A program made the position numbers and the translations under genes. Shown piece by piece: positions 1 to 14,205 of a stretch of 64,000 nucleotides of DNA. The DNA is taken from assembly GCA_951406725.2 (NCBI GenBank), contig OX597823.1, forward strand, positions 60,946,001 through 61,010,000, given 5' to 3'. Within the stretch, counting starts at the first letter, position 1, and every line of letters begins with the position of its first letter. The stretch is from Octopus vulgaris. Lineage: Eukaryota. The notes below the pieces were generated by a model. The model was not told the DNA's origin and did no database searches. It was given only the letters and a program-made list of their open reading frames with translations.

Positions 1-810
1 TATATATACATGTACATATATTTATATGTATATACATATATGTGTGTATTTATATATATATATATATACGCGCATATGTATCTGAGTTAAATATTCATAA
101 TTGTATACTCTTAGGTATGCATCTGTATTATATATTTATATACATATATAATATAAATATTATGTGTATATGGATACACACATACACACACATGCATATA
201 TGCTTACAGGACGTCACCGACATGAAACAACATAAAATACGAAAACAAATCAGTTGAATATGCAAACACCAATGAAACAAATGGAAAACTGGACGAGTAA
301 CTTAAAGAACGACCCTTCATCAGTTGTCAGCTGCCTGTCTACTCATTTGTAGCTTGTGTATATATATATGTATTTATATATATATATATACACATGTATG
401 TATATTTGTGTATATCTATGTATTTATATGTCTATGTGTCATATATGGGTATATATATATATATGTATGATTGTGATCCTTGTATGTATATGTGTATAGC
501 TATGTATATGTGTGAGTAATTATATTAAATATATACATCTGTATGTTTATATATATGTGTATATGTATGTGATATACATATCCGTATATATATATATGTA
601 TATGTCTGTATTTGTATGTTTGTGTGTATGTGTATATATGTGTGTGTGTATGTATATACATATATTTATATATATATATATATATATATATAAGCATGTT
701 GTATGAATGTATGTGTATATATGTGTGTGTGTATGTATATATATATATTTATATATATATATATAAGCATGTTGTATGAATGTATGTGTATATATGAATG
801 TATATCAGTA

Positions 811-857
<47 letters not shown>

Positions 858-866
858 GTGTGCATG

Positions 867-898
<32 letters not shown>

Positions 899-1209
899 GT
901 GTATGTATCTTCAAACTAGGTATTAGTATTTGTTGGTCAATAAGTGATGAAGTGTTAGTGTTCTGGTATCTGTAGTACTTGTACATATTTATGCCAATTT
1001 TCATCTATATACATATATATATGTTTATGTATATTGAAATGTAGATGCTATGTATATGTATGTATATAGGTGGTATGTATATATATGTAGGTTGTACGTA
1101 CTTGTATGTCATTATGTATATATGTATTTATGTGTGTGTGTATATATATATATACATACACAAATATCAATATGTATGTATATGTTTACATATGTGTATA
1201 TCTCTATAT

Positions 1210-1241
<32 letters not shown>

Positions 1242-1912
1242 CCATATACCTGTGTATATGTATTTATTGATGTGTATGTATGCTTGTGTGCTTATATATG
1301 TACATATTTATATATGCATCTGTTTCCATATATGTGTGTGTGTGTGTCTTTATATGTGTATATGTATGTCTGTGTATTCATATGTATATATATAGGATAT
1401 ATAGGTTTGTTTGTATATATAAATATATTTCTTCATATGTATGCATATAGATGTATATATTTGTAAATGTGTATGTCTGTATAAATGTATGTAATATATA
1501 TATATATGTCTTTATACGTATAGTCATGTCTGTGGATGTATACATATATAGGGAGGTATATGTACATATTTGTACATATTTGTGTGTAGAGGGATGTGTG
1601 TGTGTGTGTGCATACACACACATGTGTGTTTTGCTATAGCCTCAGGTTGAGCTAATCCTAGAGGGAGTATCTGACAGATAGAAACTGAAAGAAGTCCGTT
1701 GTATACATGTGTGTATATAGATATATCTGTGTGCATTCGTGCCTCCGTTTGTTCCTCACTACTGCTGGACAACTGGTATTCAGATAAATAGGCTTTGGAA
1801 ATATGTATCATGCTTCAAAGGAATGTTAGTCTTGGAGTTGATTAATTTGACCAAAAGCCCTAAAGGCAGAGTCCCAGTATGGCCACAGAGCAAGAACTGA
1901 AACAACCAAATG

Positions 1913-1950
<38 letters not shown>

Positions 1951-2370
1951 GACACATGCTGACATATACACCATATACACAGATAGTGGAAATTGGTGGC
2001 ACAGTGCTGGGTTACCTATTCCTAGAGGACTTGGTGGCGCAGTCCTATGGATTACCTATTCCTCTGCCACCATGGAAGACGGGCCTTATATGATGACGTT
2101 GATTTGTATATGTATATATATATATATATATTTACCGTTTTAACAGTTGTCTTCCCTCGTAAATGTCGGGTGGAGTTTTTATTGATTGAACTCTCTTCCT
2201 GTTGCAACACTCACCTAGTTCCAATCAGAGTGATGTTTCTGCATCACTTGACATGTTTTTGCACAACATTGGAAATGTACATATGACAGTGACACATTTT
2301 CTTATAACTAACATGTGATGTCAGGACACACACACACACTTGTGTGAGTGTGTGTGCATGTATATATATA

Positions 2371-2765
2371 CTCATTTACTTGTTTCAGTCTTTTGACTGC
2401 AGCCATGCTGGATAACCGCCTTTAATCGAGCAACTCGACCCCGGGACTTATTCTTTTGTAAGCCCAGTACTTATTCTACTGGTCTCTTTTGCCGAACCGC
2501 TAAGTAACGGGGACATAAACACACCAGCATCGGTTGTCAAGCAATGCTAGGGGAACAAACACAGACACACAAACACACACACGCATATATATATATATAT
2601 ATGACGGACTTCTTTCAGTTTCCGTCTACCAAATCCACTCACAAGGCTTTGGTCGGCCTGAGACTATAGTAGAAGACACCTGCTCACTGTCCCACGCAGT
2701 GGGACTGAACCCAGAACCATGTGGTTGGTAAAGAAGCTACTTACCACACAGCCACTCCCGCGCCT
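2371..2765 (-). mobile_element. tRNA-derived SINE family A, full length
   Basis: Minus strand reads GGCGCGGGAGTGGCTGTGTGGTAAG...GGTTCAGTCCC (Pol III A/B-box-like), then internal microsatellite and ...GACTGAAACAAGTAAA tail; near-identical to 9258-9655 and 22891-23309. Confidence 0.9.
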
Positions 2766-2981
2766 ATATATATATGTATATATATGTATATTTTAAAACT
2801 TCTATGAAAATTAATTGATTGAGTTGAAATAATTCAAATAATTTTTTTTAACGTTTATTGTCTACTTAAAGTAATTTCCGTTATTTAATGCAGTATAAAT
2901 AATCTCTGTTGAGGAAGTTCATCTACCGTGTGTCTTTTATATCTCGTTTGTGCATATATATGTATATATACATATATATAA

Positions 2982-3282
2982 CTGGCACTTCCTCAGTTAC
3001 GATGATGTGGGTACCAGTTGATTCGATCAACAGAACAGCCCGCTTGTGGCTGAGCACTCTACAAACACGTGTTCCTATAATGTAGTTCTCAGGGAGATTC
3101 AGTGTGACACAGAATCTGACAAGACTGGCCCTTTGATTTGCAGATACAACTCGTTTTTGCCATCTGAATAGATTGGAGAAATGTGAAGTAAAGTGTCTTG
3201 CTCAAAGAGGAAGAGCATGTTACCAGGAATTGAACTCACCACCTTACAATTGTGAACCAATTACCCTTACCGCTAAGCCACA
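2982..3282 (-). mobile_element. tRNA-derived SINE family D (CORE-like)
   Basis: Minus-strand head GTGGCTTAGCGGTAAGG...GAGTTCAATTCC followed by TTGAGCAAGACACTT; related to 48325-48685 and 36750-36970. Confidence 0.7.
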
Positions 3283-3506
3283 TATTTATATATATGTATA
3301 TAGACACCTATGTATTTGAGTGTATGTGTATATATATCATCATCATCATCATCGTTTAGCGTCTGTTTTCCATGCTAGATAGATAAGCGCACACACACAC
3401 ACATACATGATGGTCTTGATTTAGTTTCTGTCTACTAAATCCACTAAGGAGGATTTAGTAGATGGAAAGCAAACTTCTTAACAAGACAAACATGCCTGCA
3501 CTTACA

Positions 3507-3544
<38 letters not shown>

Positions 3545-3704
3545 TACTTATATATCTGAATGTGTATATTATTACATATATGTACATATATGTTCGTATG
3601 TATGTGTGTGTATGTATATATATATGTATATGCATATACACATATACATGTGTAGGTATATATGTAGTATATAAATATCCATATATATATATACACACAT
3701 ACAT

Positions 3705-4132
3705 AGGTGTGCGAGTGGCTGTTAGGTAACTTAGTTACTAACCACATTTTAGTCTCACTGTATGGCACCTTGGGCAAGTGTCTTTTATTATAGCCTTGTG
3801 CCGATGAAGGCCTTGTGAGTGGATTTGGGAGAAGGAAAGTGAAAGAAGCCCGTCATATATGTATATATATGTCCAACCCATGCCAACGTGGAAGGCGGAC
3901 ATTAAACGATGATGATGATGAAGTGTGTGTCTGTGTTCGCTCCCCCCCCAACATCACTTGACAACTGGTGCTGGTGTGTTTACGTCCCCGTAACTTAGCG
4001 GTTCGGCAAAAAGTGTATGGTAGAACAAGCACTAGGCTTACAAAAATTGAGTCCCGGGGTTGATTTGCTTAACTAAAGGCAGTGCCCCAGCATGGCTGCA
4101 GGCAAATGGCTGAAACTAAGAAAAGAATAAAA
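3705..4132 (+). mobile_element. SINE family A, diverged, containing a (GAT)n-tailed family C fragment at ~3871-3921
   Basis: GGCACCTTGGGCAAGTG, GTGAGTGGATTTGG, CCCCGTAACTTAGCGGTTCGGC blocks shared with other copies. Confidence 0.85.
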
Positions 4133-4732
4133 GTATACCTATACATTCATATCTACATGTATTTATGTGTGTGTGTATATACATATATATATATATATAT
4201 ATATACAAATACGCGCACATATACATGTCTGTATACATGGATATATATGTGGGAGTGTCATGCTTGCATGGAACACTGACGCTTAATGATGATGATGATG
4301 ATGATGATATATATATATATATATATATGCACACACACACACATACATTTACTGGAGTAGCTGTGATGGTGAGAAGTTTACTTCTAACCCATGTGCTTTT
4401 GAGTTTTCCTTTATGTGTTTCAGCTTCAGTGTCCCCTTCTATAGTATTGGGTCCTCGAAAGTTTTGTGGTTGTATATGTTAAATGTGTTCAAAAAGAAAC
4501 CGTTTGTGTCTATGCATATATGTATAAAAGTCATAAAATGTGTCTCTATATACATACATGTGAATATGTGTGTGTGTGTTGTGGTAATACTTGCATTTGT
4601 TGAATTAAGATTGTTGTTTCATAATATACTCAGTGATGCAGAAAATGTTATTCCTCCTAATCTTTTTGTCACTCCTATTCATATTTAATATATTTGCACC
4701 CATACAGATATATATCGACGTATATATGTGTG

Positions 4733-4765
<33 letters not shown>

Positions 4766-4893
4766 ATGTGTGTGTTTTTGTATATGTGTCTCTGTACATC
4801 AATGTGAGTATATCTTGTATGGCATTTTTACATCTCGTTCTTTGTATGAAATGTGGTGTTTTACAATTGTTATTTTTTTTTTTTTGTCCACAT

Positions 4894-5236
4894 AGGCAGA
4901 GGAGTAGCTGCATGGTAAGAAGCTTGCTTTCCAACCATGTGGTTCTGGGTTCAGTCCCACTACGTGGCACCTTGGGCAAGTGCCATCTACTGTAGCCTTG
5001 GGCTGACCAAATTCTTGTGAGTGGATTTGGTAGAGAGAAACTAAAAGAAGCCTGTCGTATATAATCTGTGTGTGTGTTTGTCCATCCATCACCATTTGTC
5101 AACCAGTGTCGGTGTGTTTACATCCCCATAATTTAGTGTCTCGGTAAAAAAAGACTGATACAGTAAGCACCAGACTTAAAAAATAAGTACTGGGTTCAAC
5201 TCATGGCCGCAGTCTAATGTCTGAAACAGGTGAAAG
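4894..5236 (+). mobile_element. SINE family A, diverged
   Basis: GGTTCAGTCCCACTACGTGGCACCTTGGGCAAG and 3' tail blocks. Confidence 0.85.
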
Positions 5237-8200
5237 ATAGATGATCCAGGTGCTTTGTGTGCCCTTGAAGCCATGTAGAAGAATTGTCCCATTCTTGAGA
5301 AATAGGTGTTAGTGCTAGGAATGTCATCTGGTTGTGAGACAACGGCTGAATAACATATATATATACGACCCATGCAAGCATGGTAATACAGACTCAGCCC
5401 CATTGAGCTGAAATTTATGTGTATACATGTTATCTGTGTGTGTGTGTATAGATAAATACACTCACACGCATGCACACACACAGTCGTAAATATATATATA
5501 CGCATTGTTAGATAAGAACTTTTTTGATAAGGCCGAAATGAAATATAGTTGACTACTGATCAACATACATATGCCCGCATGGGAAGTGGATGTTAAATGA
5601 TGATAACAATAATGATAGTGAAGCTATGCGTGTGTATGTATATACCTCTATCTATCTATTTATGTATCTATCTATATATGTATCTACCTACCTATATATA
5701 TATATGCAATTACATGCATGTGTATATATGCATATATATATATATATATATGCATATATGTATGCATATATATGTGTGTATATGTTCATGTGTATGTATA
5801 TATATTTATACATATAGATATATGCATGAATTTATGTATATATACAACTGTATTTATACATTACATATTCATAAATGCAAATACTGTTTTATATGTATAT
5901 ATATATATATATATATCATGTATATATATATAGTGTATATATATCTCTGTATTTGAGCATTCACATGCAATACATCCAACCGCACCCACATATAATACAT
6001 GTATTCTTGCACACATGCCCTCTTATTAAATGGGTGTATTTGTGTGTGTGTGCATGTATATTCATGTTTGTGTATTTATACGTATACATATATGCACACA
6101 CACACGCACACTAATCCTGTTATCTGTTGAAAGGAACATTTTAAGGGGTATTTGGAATAAAAAAAAAAGGGGAGAGAAAGTCAAAACATTAATAATATTT
6201 TAGCTGTGAGTAAACCAAGATATTTTCCTTCATTGGAAATTTTGTCTGCTACACACAGACTGAGCAACAACACGTGTCTTTGCACACCCGTGCAATAACA
6301 TGCTCACATACTTGCACATGCATGCACACACACTAACACTCTGGCACAAATGCACATACCGATAAATGTGTGTTTATGTCGATGCATATTATGTATGGAT
6401 GTATTGACTAGACTTTTACATTCACTCTCAGCAAGTTGTTGTTTTTCTGCTGCAAAATAAATATAATTGTTAAATGATAACATGCACTTAGATGAAAGTA
6501 TCATTTTTAGCTGTGAGTGGTGGTGCTCTTGTTGTTGTTGTAGTACAAACTTTTTCTCTCCATCAAATTTTATTATTTTTCATTGGTTGATTTATAATTA
6601 GTTTGGATTTAAGTTTAGATGCAAAAAAAAAAAAAAAATCACTGTATTATTGATTTTTGTTGTAGACAGTTATTTATCGTAATGGTTTAATTTCAAATCA
6701 TTTGATGTTTACTTTTGGAAACTTTACCCTTCACCAGATAAAGAAAAAATCCCCGTATTTGTGAAGTGTTTATAGTGTCTTATGTGCTTAAATTTCTAAA
6801 ATTGTGTCAAGAGGTAACCTACTTCAGTTTGTTCCACTTGTGTTTGGTCCAGATATCAGTTTTACGGAATAAAGGTTGGCAGCATTGAAATGCATTGTCC
6901 CCTATTAGGAAGTATGCTTTTTCTTTCTTTCTTTCTTTCTTTCTTGTTTTTTTTTTCTATCAGTGTGAAATTAGTACTTTATCATGTGAATTAAGTGTAG
7001 GATTTTCAAACTATACCTGTATATCTTGCTATAACTTGTTCATAGATCTGAACCTAAATCTTACCTTATCATATCACTTGTGAAAAAGAAAAAAAAAAAA
7101 CAGGGGAGTGAAAATGAAATGATCTTGACTGAACATGAATTGTTTACAGATACTTTTGAATCTATTTCCAGGTAGCTATTTGCCTAAGTACAACCCATTG
7201 CTAACTTTAAATATCTAAACTTATTTACTCTTGCTATGAAGAAACCTGTTACGTTTTCTGTAATTTCCCATGTGCTGTGTGCATTGATATAGCTCGGTTA
7301 TAATTTATTTTCTTTATCTAAGGAACCTATGGGGTTTACATTAATCAATATCTCCTATTTTCCTTCTACTTATAAAAATCAGTGCAGGAGTTGCAAAATG
7401 TAGTTTTGCTTTTAATGGTAGCTAGCTGCGTCAAGCACCAGTTGCAGTATTATGATGCATTCAAACTCAAGAACTGAAGCAAACTTGTATTTGTGAGGAA
7501 AGCTAATGTACTGATAGCACAATCCATTTTAAAAGGTGAAATTTGAAGATTAATGTCAGTTTTCTGAAGGCTGTGGTCAAGCTCCTCTCTGAAGATCCAC
7601 CCACATATATACAGACATATTGTCATACTTGCCTGGTTTGGACAAGTGTATTTGGGCAGGTTTTTTACAGCTAGATGCTCTTCCTGTCAAAAACCCTCAA
7701 CTTTTTCGCGGGAAGGGAAATATTTCCCTATACTTAGACACACTTTCTCTGAACATTGGAAACAACTGACACTGCTCGTATGAGAGAGATATTCATCTAC
7801 AACTGTCCCATGATGTCAAGACAAAAAAAAAAATACACACACACATATACAACAGGCTTCTTTCAGTTTCCATGCACCAAATCCACTCACAAGGCTCTGG
7901 TCAATCTGAGGTTCCGGTCAAAGATACTTGCTCAAGGTGCTGTGCAGTGGTAGCAGATTTCTTAACCACATAACACAGTCAGCACCTATATATATATGTC
8001 TGTGTTTATTATACAGCAATGAAAGCAGACATAGCTTTGTAAGAAGGCTTAGTGAATTAAACATGCTTTAAACGTTCTTCTGATATTTGGTGGCTGCTAA
8101 AGGGATTATTTTATTAAAAGCCAGTTGGATGTGTGATTTGTTAAGTTTACTCTGCAATATTAAATTTATGTTAGAACATCTGCCCTGAATGGAATGCCTT

Positions 8201-9257
8201 TCCTATTGGCATTATATGATGGATACTGAGAATGAATCTGTTGAAGAAAGACTTGAATTTATTAACTAAGCATCAGAGACTTTGTTATTGGTGTCATTTG
8301 GCTAGACTTGAGAACAATGAGATTGCAGGCTTGGAGGTTTTATTGCAACCCTATTCAACCCAAATCCTGTTGTGAAAAACATGAGCCAAAATGAGATTGA
8401 TGATAATGAAAGAATCTACCATGTATATACTGGAATTGTAATGCTCTCTCTCTCTCTATGTATATATACATACACACACTTTCTCTCTGTATGTATGTAT
8501 ATATACATACACACACTTTCTCTCTCTGTCTCTCTCTCTCTCTCACATACACACACATATGTATAGGTACAGGCATGGCTTGCTTTCCAACCATGTGGTC
8601 TTGGGTTCAGTTCCACTATGTAGCACCATGGACTAGTGTCTTCTAGAATCCAAGGTCAAAGAAAGTCTTGTGTGTGGATTTCTTTGACAAAACAGAAAAA
8701 GGCCAATTTATCTACACACACACACACAAACACGTGTATGTTTACGTGTGTGTACCCTTATCTTCACATCATGTGATGGTTGTGAATGAGTGCGATCGTC
8801 ATACTGGTGATATTCTTCATGGGAAAAAAACTTGTCTGGTCACGGAAATATGTTACCATGCTTTTAAACAGGTAAATGTTGGCAACAGGAAGGACATCCA
8901 GCCATAGAAAACCTGCCTCAACAAATTTTATCTGACCGATGCTTGCATGGAAAAGTGAATGTTAAATGATGATGGTGATAATCTGTGTCTGTGTGTGTGA
9001 TTTGAGTATTAAATATGGCTATACAGAGCTACCCAACCAATGCCTGCATGAAAGAAATGGATGTTAGTCAAATGATTTGACTTTAGTACTTGTTTTTGTT
9101 TACCGAGCCACTAGGTTACAGGCACATAAACTATTGATATATGATGGGCTTCTTTCAGTTTCTGTTTACCAGATCCAATCACAAGACTTTGTTTGGCCAG
9201 CTGAAGACACTTGCCCAAGGTGCTATGCAATGGGACCAAACCAAGAATCAAATGGTT

Positions 9258-9655
9258 ACTCTTTACTCTTTTACTTGTTTCAGTCATTTGACTGCGGCCA
9301 TGCTGGAGCACCGCCTTTAGTCGAGCAAATCGACCCCGGGACTTATTCTTTGTAAGCCCAGTACTTATTCTATCAGTCTCTTTTGCCGAACCGCTAAGTG
9401 ACGGGGACGTAAACACACCAGCATCGGTTGTCAAGCAATGTTAGGGAGACAAGCACATACACACACATACATATATATATATACATATATACAACAGGCT
9501 TCTTTCAGTTTCCGTCTACCAAATCCACTCACAAGGCATTGGTCGGCCCGGGGCTATAGCAGAAGACACTTGCCCAAGATGCCATGCAGTGGGACTGAAC
9601 CCGGAACCATGTGGTTGGTTAGCAAGCTACTTACCACACAGCCACTCCTGTGCCT
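9258..9655 (-). mobile_element. Young SINE family A nested in an older family A copy (9141-9257 + 9660-9703)
   Basis: Near-identical to 22891-23309; the flanks join into a continuous diverged SINE head. Confidence 0.9.
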
Positions 9656-11147
9656 ATTTGTTGGGAAACAAATTTCTTAACCACAAAGCCACACTTGTGC
9701 CTGTATAAAATAGTTTTCACAATAATTTCGGCTATTTTTTTCATTATGATTTTATTGATATTTAGATTTAATTTTCAAAAATCAAATTAGTTTTTCAAAA
9801 TCTTTTTTTTTCTTTTTACCTTCCTTTTAAAATAAAGAACAACCACTTAATTGATTCAACCCCTCTCCATGTTATAATATACACACTGTTGTCATGCTAT
9901 TTTTTTTCTTTCTAACTCAGTTATTAAAAAATACCAATGTAATGTTTCCAATAGTAATTTGTTTATGTGGTATAATTATGTGAAGTGATCTATTTCAACT
10001 TCTCATAATTCTCGAATCTGGGTTATGAAAAGCTTGAAATCGGATAAAATTAACAGAGAAGAAAAATAATCATTAGAAGGTAGAAAGATAAATCACTTTT
10101 TTTTTCCTTTTTTTTGTATTTTGCATTGTTAACAATCTGCTTATCTGTACATATAGAAAGTACATGCTGGGTGTTTTGATTGGTTTTTGGGGTTTTTTTA
10201 CAAGTTTTTTTTATTTTTATATTTCCCAGATTTTTGTTGCTTTCTTTACATTGGACTAGATAAAATATTCTTGATTAGGGAAAAAAAAATATTTTGTAAA
10301 AAGATTTTCCTTTCTCTCTTTTTTCTTTTTTTTTTTATCATATCTATGTGAAGTGTTCAATGCTGACATACACAATATTAGATGAGATAACTTCCAAAGA
10401 TTTTGTCTGTAGATAATGGTTCCAAAAGGAGATCAAAATTACATTGATTCCTTCTTTGTAAAACTCTATCAAATGTTAGTTGGTATTACTACCACCACTA
10501 GTTTTTCATGCTGGCAGATTTTTATCTTAGCTCTTAAAGTCTTCATTCTGCGATGATCTGAAGATGTAATAAGGCTTCTGAAAAGGAAAAAAACTGAGAG
10601 GAAAAACTCTTAAATTGACACGAAATAAAAAGAGATTATTGTACTAAAATAAATGATTCTTAAGGATAAGGAGTTTTAGATTGTCAAATTAGCCTCATTA
10701 ATACAAATGATAACAATATTGGAAGGCCAGCAATTAATGAAACAAATGTATAAGCTGGGTTTCTTTTTCTAATTCTTAAAAAATTTTTTAAATGCCAAAT
10801 AGCTGGTAAATTAGTGAGAGTAAGACTCAACTAATACTCAGTCAACTAGTTTTTTTCATCACATAACACACATGTATGTGTGCATGTGTTTGTCTTTGAA
10901 AACTACCATGTATCAAGATTTTTCTGTTTTATTTTTCTCAATCAACCACCTGCAGATAGTAACACATTTTCCTCAAAGTATCTGAAATGAATAAGAGTCA
11001 AATTCTTTAAAAGCATAGCCTACTCGGTTTGGGCAATCACTCGGCATTGCCACTCAGTTCTATTTAATGGCCATGCATGCCGCAGGATAGCAAAAGCCTT
11101 TGGGCTGGAACACATAAGGGAATAAAGGAACCTTTTTCTTTTTTGTT

Positions 11148-11180
<33 letters not shown>

Positions 11181-12999
11181 TTACTGCTCCCCCCCTTATA
11201 GATACTGTCTAGAAGTTTCCCTAACAGAAATAAAGTACATAACCCACTTTTACCAAACACACTCACACGTGCACGTGCATGCACAAATTGAATACTGAGT
11301 AATGTGTTTGATACTTCATATTGGCCAGATTAAAATTAGATGTTATTGATTTTCTTGATGTGATATTTTGCAAAATTGCACTTCTCAAGAGTTTCACAAA
11401 TCTATATTGTGGCCTGCAAGATCTAAGTCTACAGACCAATAAATATCGAGAGCATTTATTCACTCACTTGTTTCGGTCTTTTTTTTTTTTATGACAGAAC
11501 CTTCTCCTACTCATTGGGGTTTGGGGTCAATGAGGGAATATTTTCTTTCTGTGCTGTGAATGTTAACTATAAAATAACATTAAACAAATGCCTTTTCTTT
11601 GATTTCTTTCAGTTTATTTTTTAAAAGATTTCTAATAAACTGTTTAAAATTATGTTTTTGAATTCTAACCTCTTTCATTGGTGGTTACAGTAAGAAATAC
11701 TAAAAATATCTGTATATTTCCCTTTATATAGATAGTATTGCCATGGGTGTAACCATACAAACACACACACACATACACTCATATTTTTTTATGTTTGTCT
11801 GCTTTTCTATTGTTATTGCTTGACTCCAAGTTGTCGCTGAGAGAGCAAACCTGTGATTAGAAACATTCCAGATATGACCATCTCACCTTTTATTCAGTCA
11901 TACTGTATCATAGACTACATTATCCAACGTGTTCTTTGTTCACAAGATGCTTTTGATTTGACTGCTGTTTACAGCTGATCAAGTGATTAACATAAATGCT
12001 CTCCTATTTGTTCAACAATATTTTTGAATGTCTATGATGTAAATTGTGTTAAACATAATTCTGGGTTAAAATTTCCTGTCATCCCTATTCCCTCTTAATC
12101 TTAAACCTAAGGGTAAATGTTCCTGTCACCTCTATTCCTTCTTAATCTTAGACCTTAGGATCACTTGAATGTGATCAGAAGCTTCTATTTATGAGTAGGG
12201 GTCAGGCCTGTTTCCAGAGGATGCAGGATACTTGAATATTATCCCATGAATATTAACATAAAATGGCTGCAAGCATGAATCCAGTTTTGGGCCCATCCTC
12301 AGTTTGTCAAATGCTTCTTGCTTACATCAAATTTCCACTATATCAAAATAGACTTCTCTTCGAGTCTCATGTAGCTCGTATGTTATAATAATTAAATCAT
12401 GCTATATTACTTCTCATGTTAATGAAAGAAGAGTCTACTGAAGAATAGAGCATTTAGAAGCATCATTTTAATTAAGGAAAATTATCTATTCATCTTGAGT
12501 TTGTCAGTTACAATTGGCCACCATCTGTCAGCACTTTTTCTCTGTCCATACTGCGCATTTAAATACATTGAGAGCTTCAGTTGGCTTCTCTCTTTATATC
12601 TTGGCTCGTTTCTTACACTTATTATACCATAGTTTATATTTGTTCCCTTGCTCCTCTTTAAAATAACTTTGATTTTGGTTGGATTTGTCTTTCTCTTACT
12701 TCTCTTGACAAAAATTACCATTGGAGATAATGAATTTTTCTCTTTCTTATTAGTGTAATTTTAATTCTTTTTATTTTCTTTTTCACCCACAAGTAAGTAT
12801 ACTCAAACAACTATGGTGTGAATATTATTTCTATTACTGTTTAGACAACATTTAACTATTTTATAGAACTTTACAAAAATTTGTAGTCTCATGAAGCTCT
12901 ACACATTCCTGATACAACCTCTCTCTCTCTCTCTCTCTCTCTACTAATAAATAATGAATAATTTCTAATGGAATATGATTACATATCAACAGATTACTG

Positions 13000-13450
13000 T
13001 GTATCACTTGAATAATGAGAGCATTTATTGACACAAACAAACTATTCTTCACTTCACAATAATTGGTTAACATTTTCTGTAAGACAACAGTATACACCCA
13101 ACTCTAACTTTGCAATATTCAAATGACACTGCTCCAAGTAAATGACAACTTCTCTAAATCTGGCACCGAAAGAGAATGACTCTCCCCAGACACAACAAAA
13201 TATGCTTCAACATATGAACTCACATAAAGAATCTTGCAAACCAAATCCAAAATTGACACATATATATATAGATATAGTTCACCATAATTTGATGAATTAT
13301 CAACTTTGACACTTTGGTTGTAACAAATGTTATTCTCCCTGGACTTCATCTACCAAAATTAGCTTTCACCTTTATATCCTGAGCCCAAGGCATGGTGCTG
13401 AATATCTTTGTCATTACTTATCTAGCAACAGGTTTACAGTGCTGGTCTCA
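13000..13450 (-). pseudogene. Possible highly decayed LINE reverse-transcriptase C-terminal remnant
   Basis: Minus-strand fragments ALGLRI*R*KLILV and DLEKLSFTWSSVI resemble RT motifs GL.IN..KTK and E.V..F.YLGS.I; many stops. Confidence 0.3.
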
Positions 13451-14205
13451 CCTGGCAATGAATACTCTGTAGCCACTCACTTTTTACTTCTTTTTTTTAA
13501 TATATTTTGTATATTTATATTCATACAGACAGTTCCACTCAGCACTTTGACCAATTTTCTTCAGTTCATGTACAAAATACAGATGAAAGCAACACGCTAT
13601 ATTAAACTGCACTTTTACTGATCAACTGCAGACTGTACAATTGAAAAAATTGTCTGTGTTCTAAACAGTCACTCTTATTACTCTAATGAACTTTTCATCT
13701 TTGTCTCATTAAGCCACCATTTATGTTCAATGCACTTACTATGTGATTGTCCCTACTGACACAGCTAGTCATGTGCTATAGTTATAAACTCTATGAACAA
13801 TCTACTATACAGCTGTCATCTAAACAGACTGCTCATAGCTTTCTTTCTTTTCCTCTCATCTCCTCCTCCAGGAAAGCAATAATACTGCTCAGAATTATTT
13901 GTCTGATTCAGGATCAAATATTATTGGAAAATTATTTTACTTTTAATATGTCTTAACTAAGCAATATATAAGATATAATAACTGCTGTCGTTTGAATAAC
14001 AAACTTTCCTGAATATTTTTTTTATAGCCTGCCTACTTTATTAGATTTTTTTATGATATTCTCAAAAGTTATTTCTATACATATGTCTGCTTCAATATAT
14101 TCAAAATACTAGGTGACAACACCCCCACACATACATGCACATACACATATAGATCTATATATATATTGCACATATTTATGTATGTAGTACATAAATATGA
14201 CCACT

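Larger units (their letters stand above)
1..6400. repeat. Microsatellite-dense block: compound (TA)n/(TG)n/(TATG)n interleaved with SINE fragments
   Basis: Directly visible dinucleotide/tetranucleotide runs; explains the YI/CV/HT-rich ORFs. Confidence 0.95.

Noticed and set aside
300-345. Minus-strand CTGATGAAGGG as a hammerhead core
   Set aside because: No GAAA partner or stems found
8175-8445. Exon-like purine-rich segment (MDTENESVEERLEFIN*)
   Set aside because: Interrupted by stops and no recognisable motif; probably decayed repeat
12290-12740. Possible LINE endonuclease remnant on minus (MYLNAQ, HDLIIIT..HETR)
   Set aside because: Similarity too faint to call by eye
12760-12800. Poly-Y followed by GTAAGT (also at 49160)
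   Set aside because: No AG immediately before the GT, so not a recursive site
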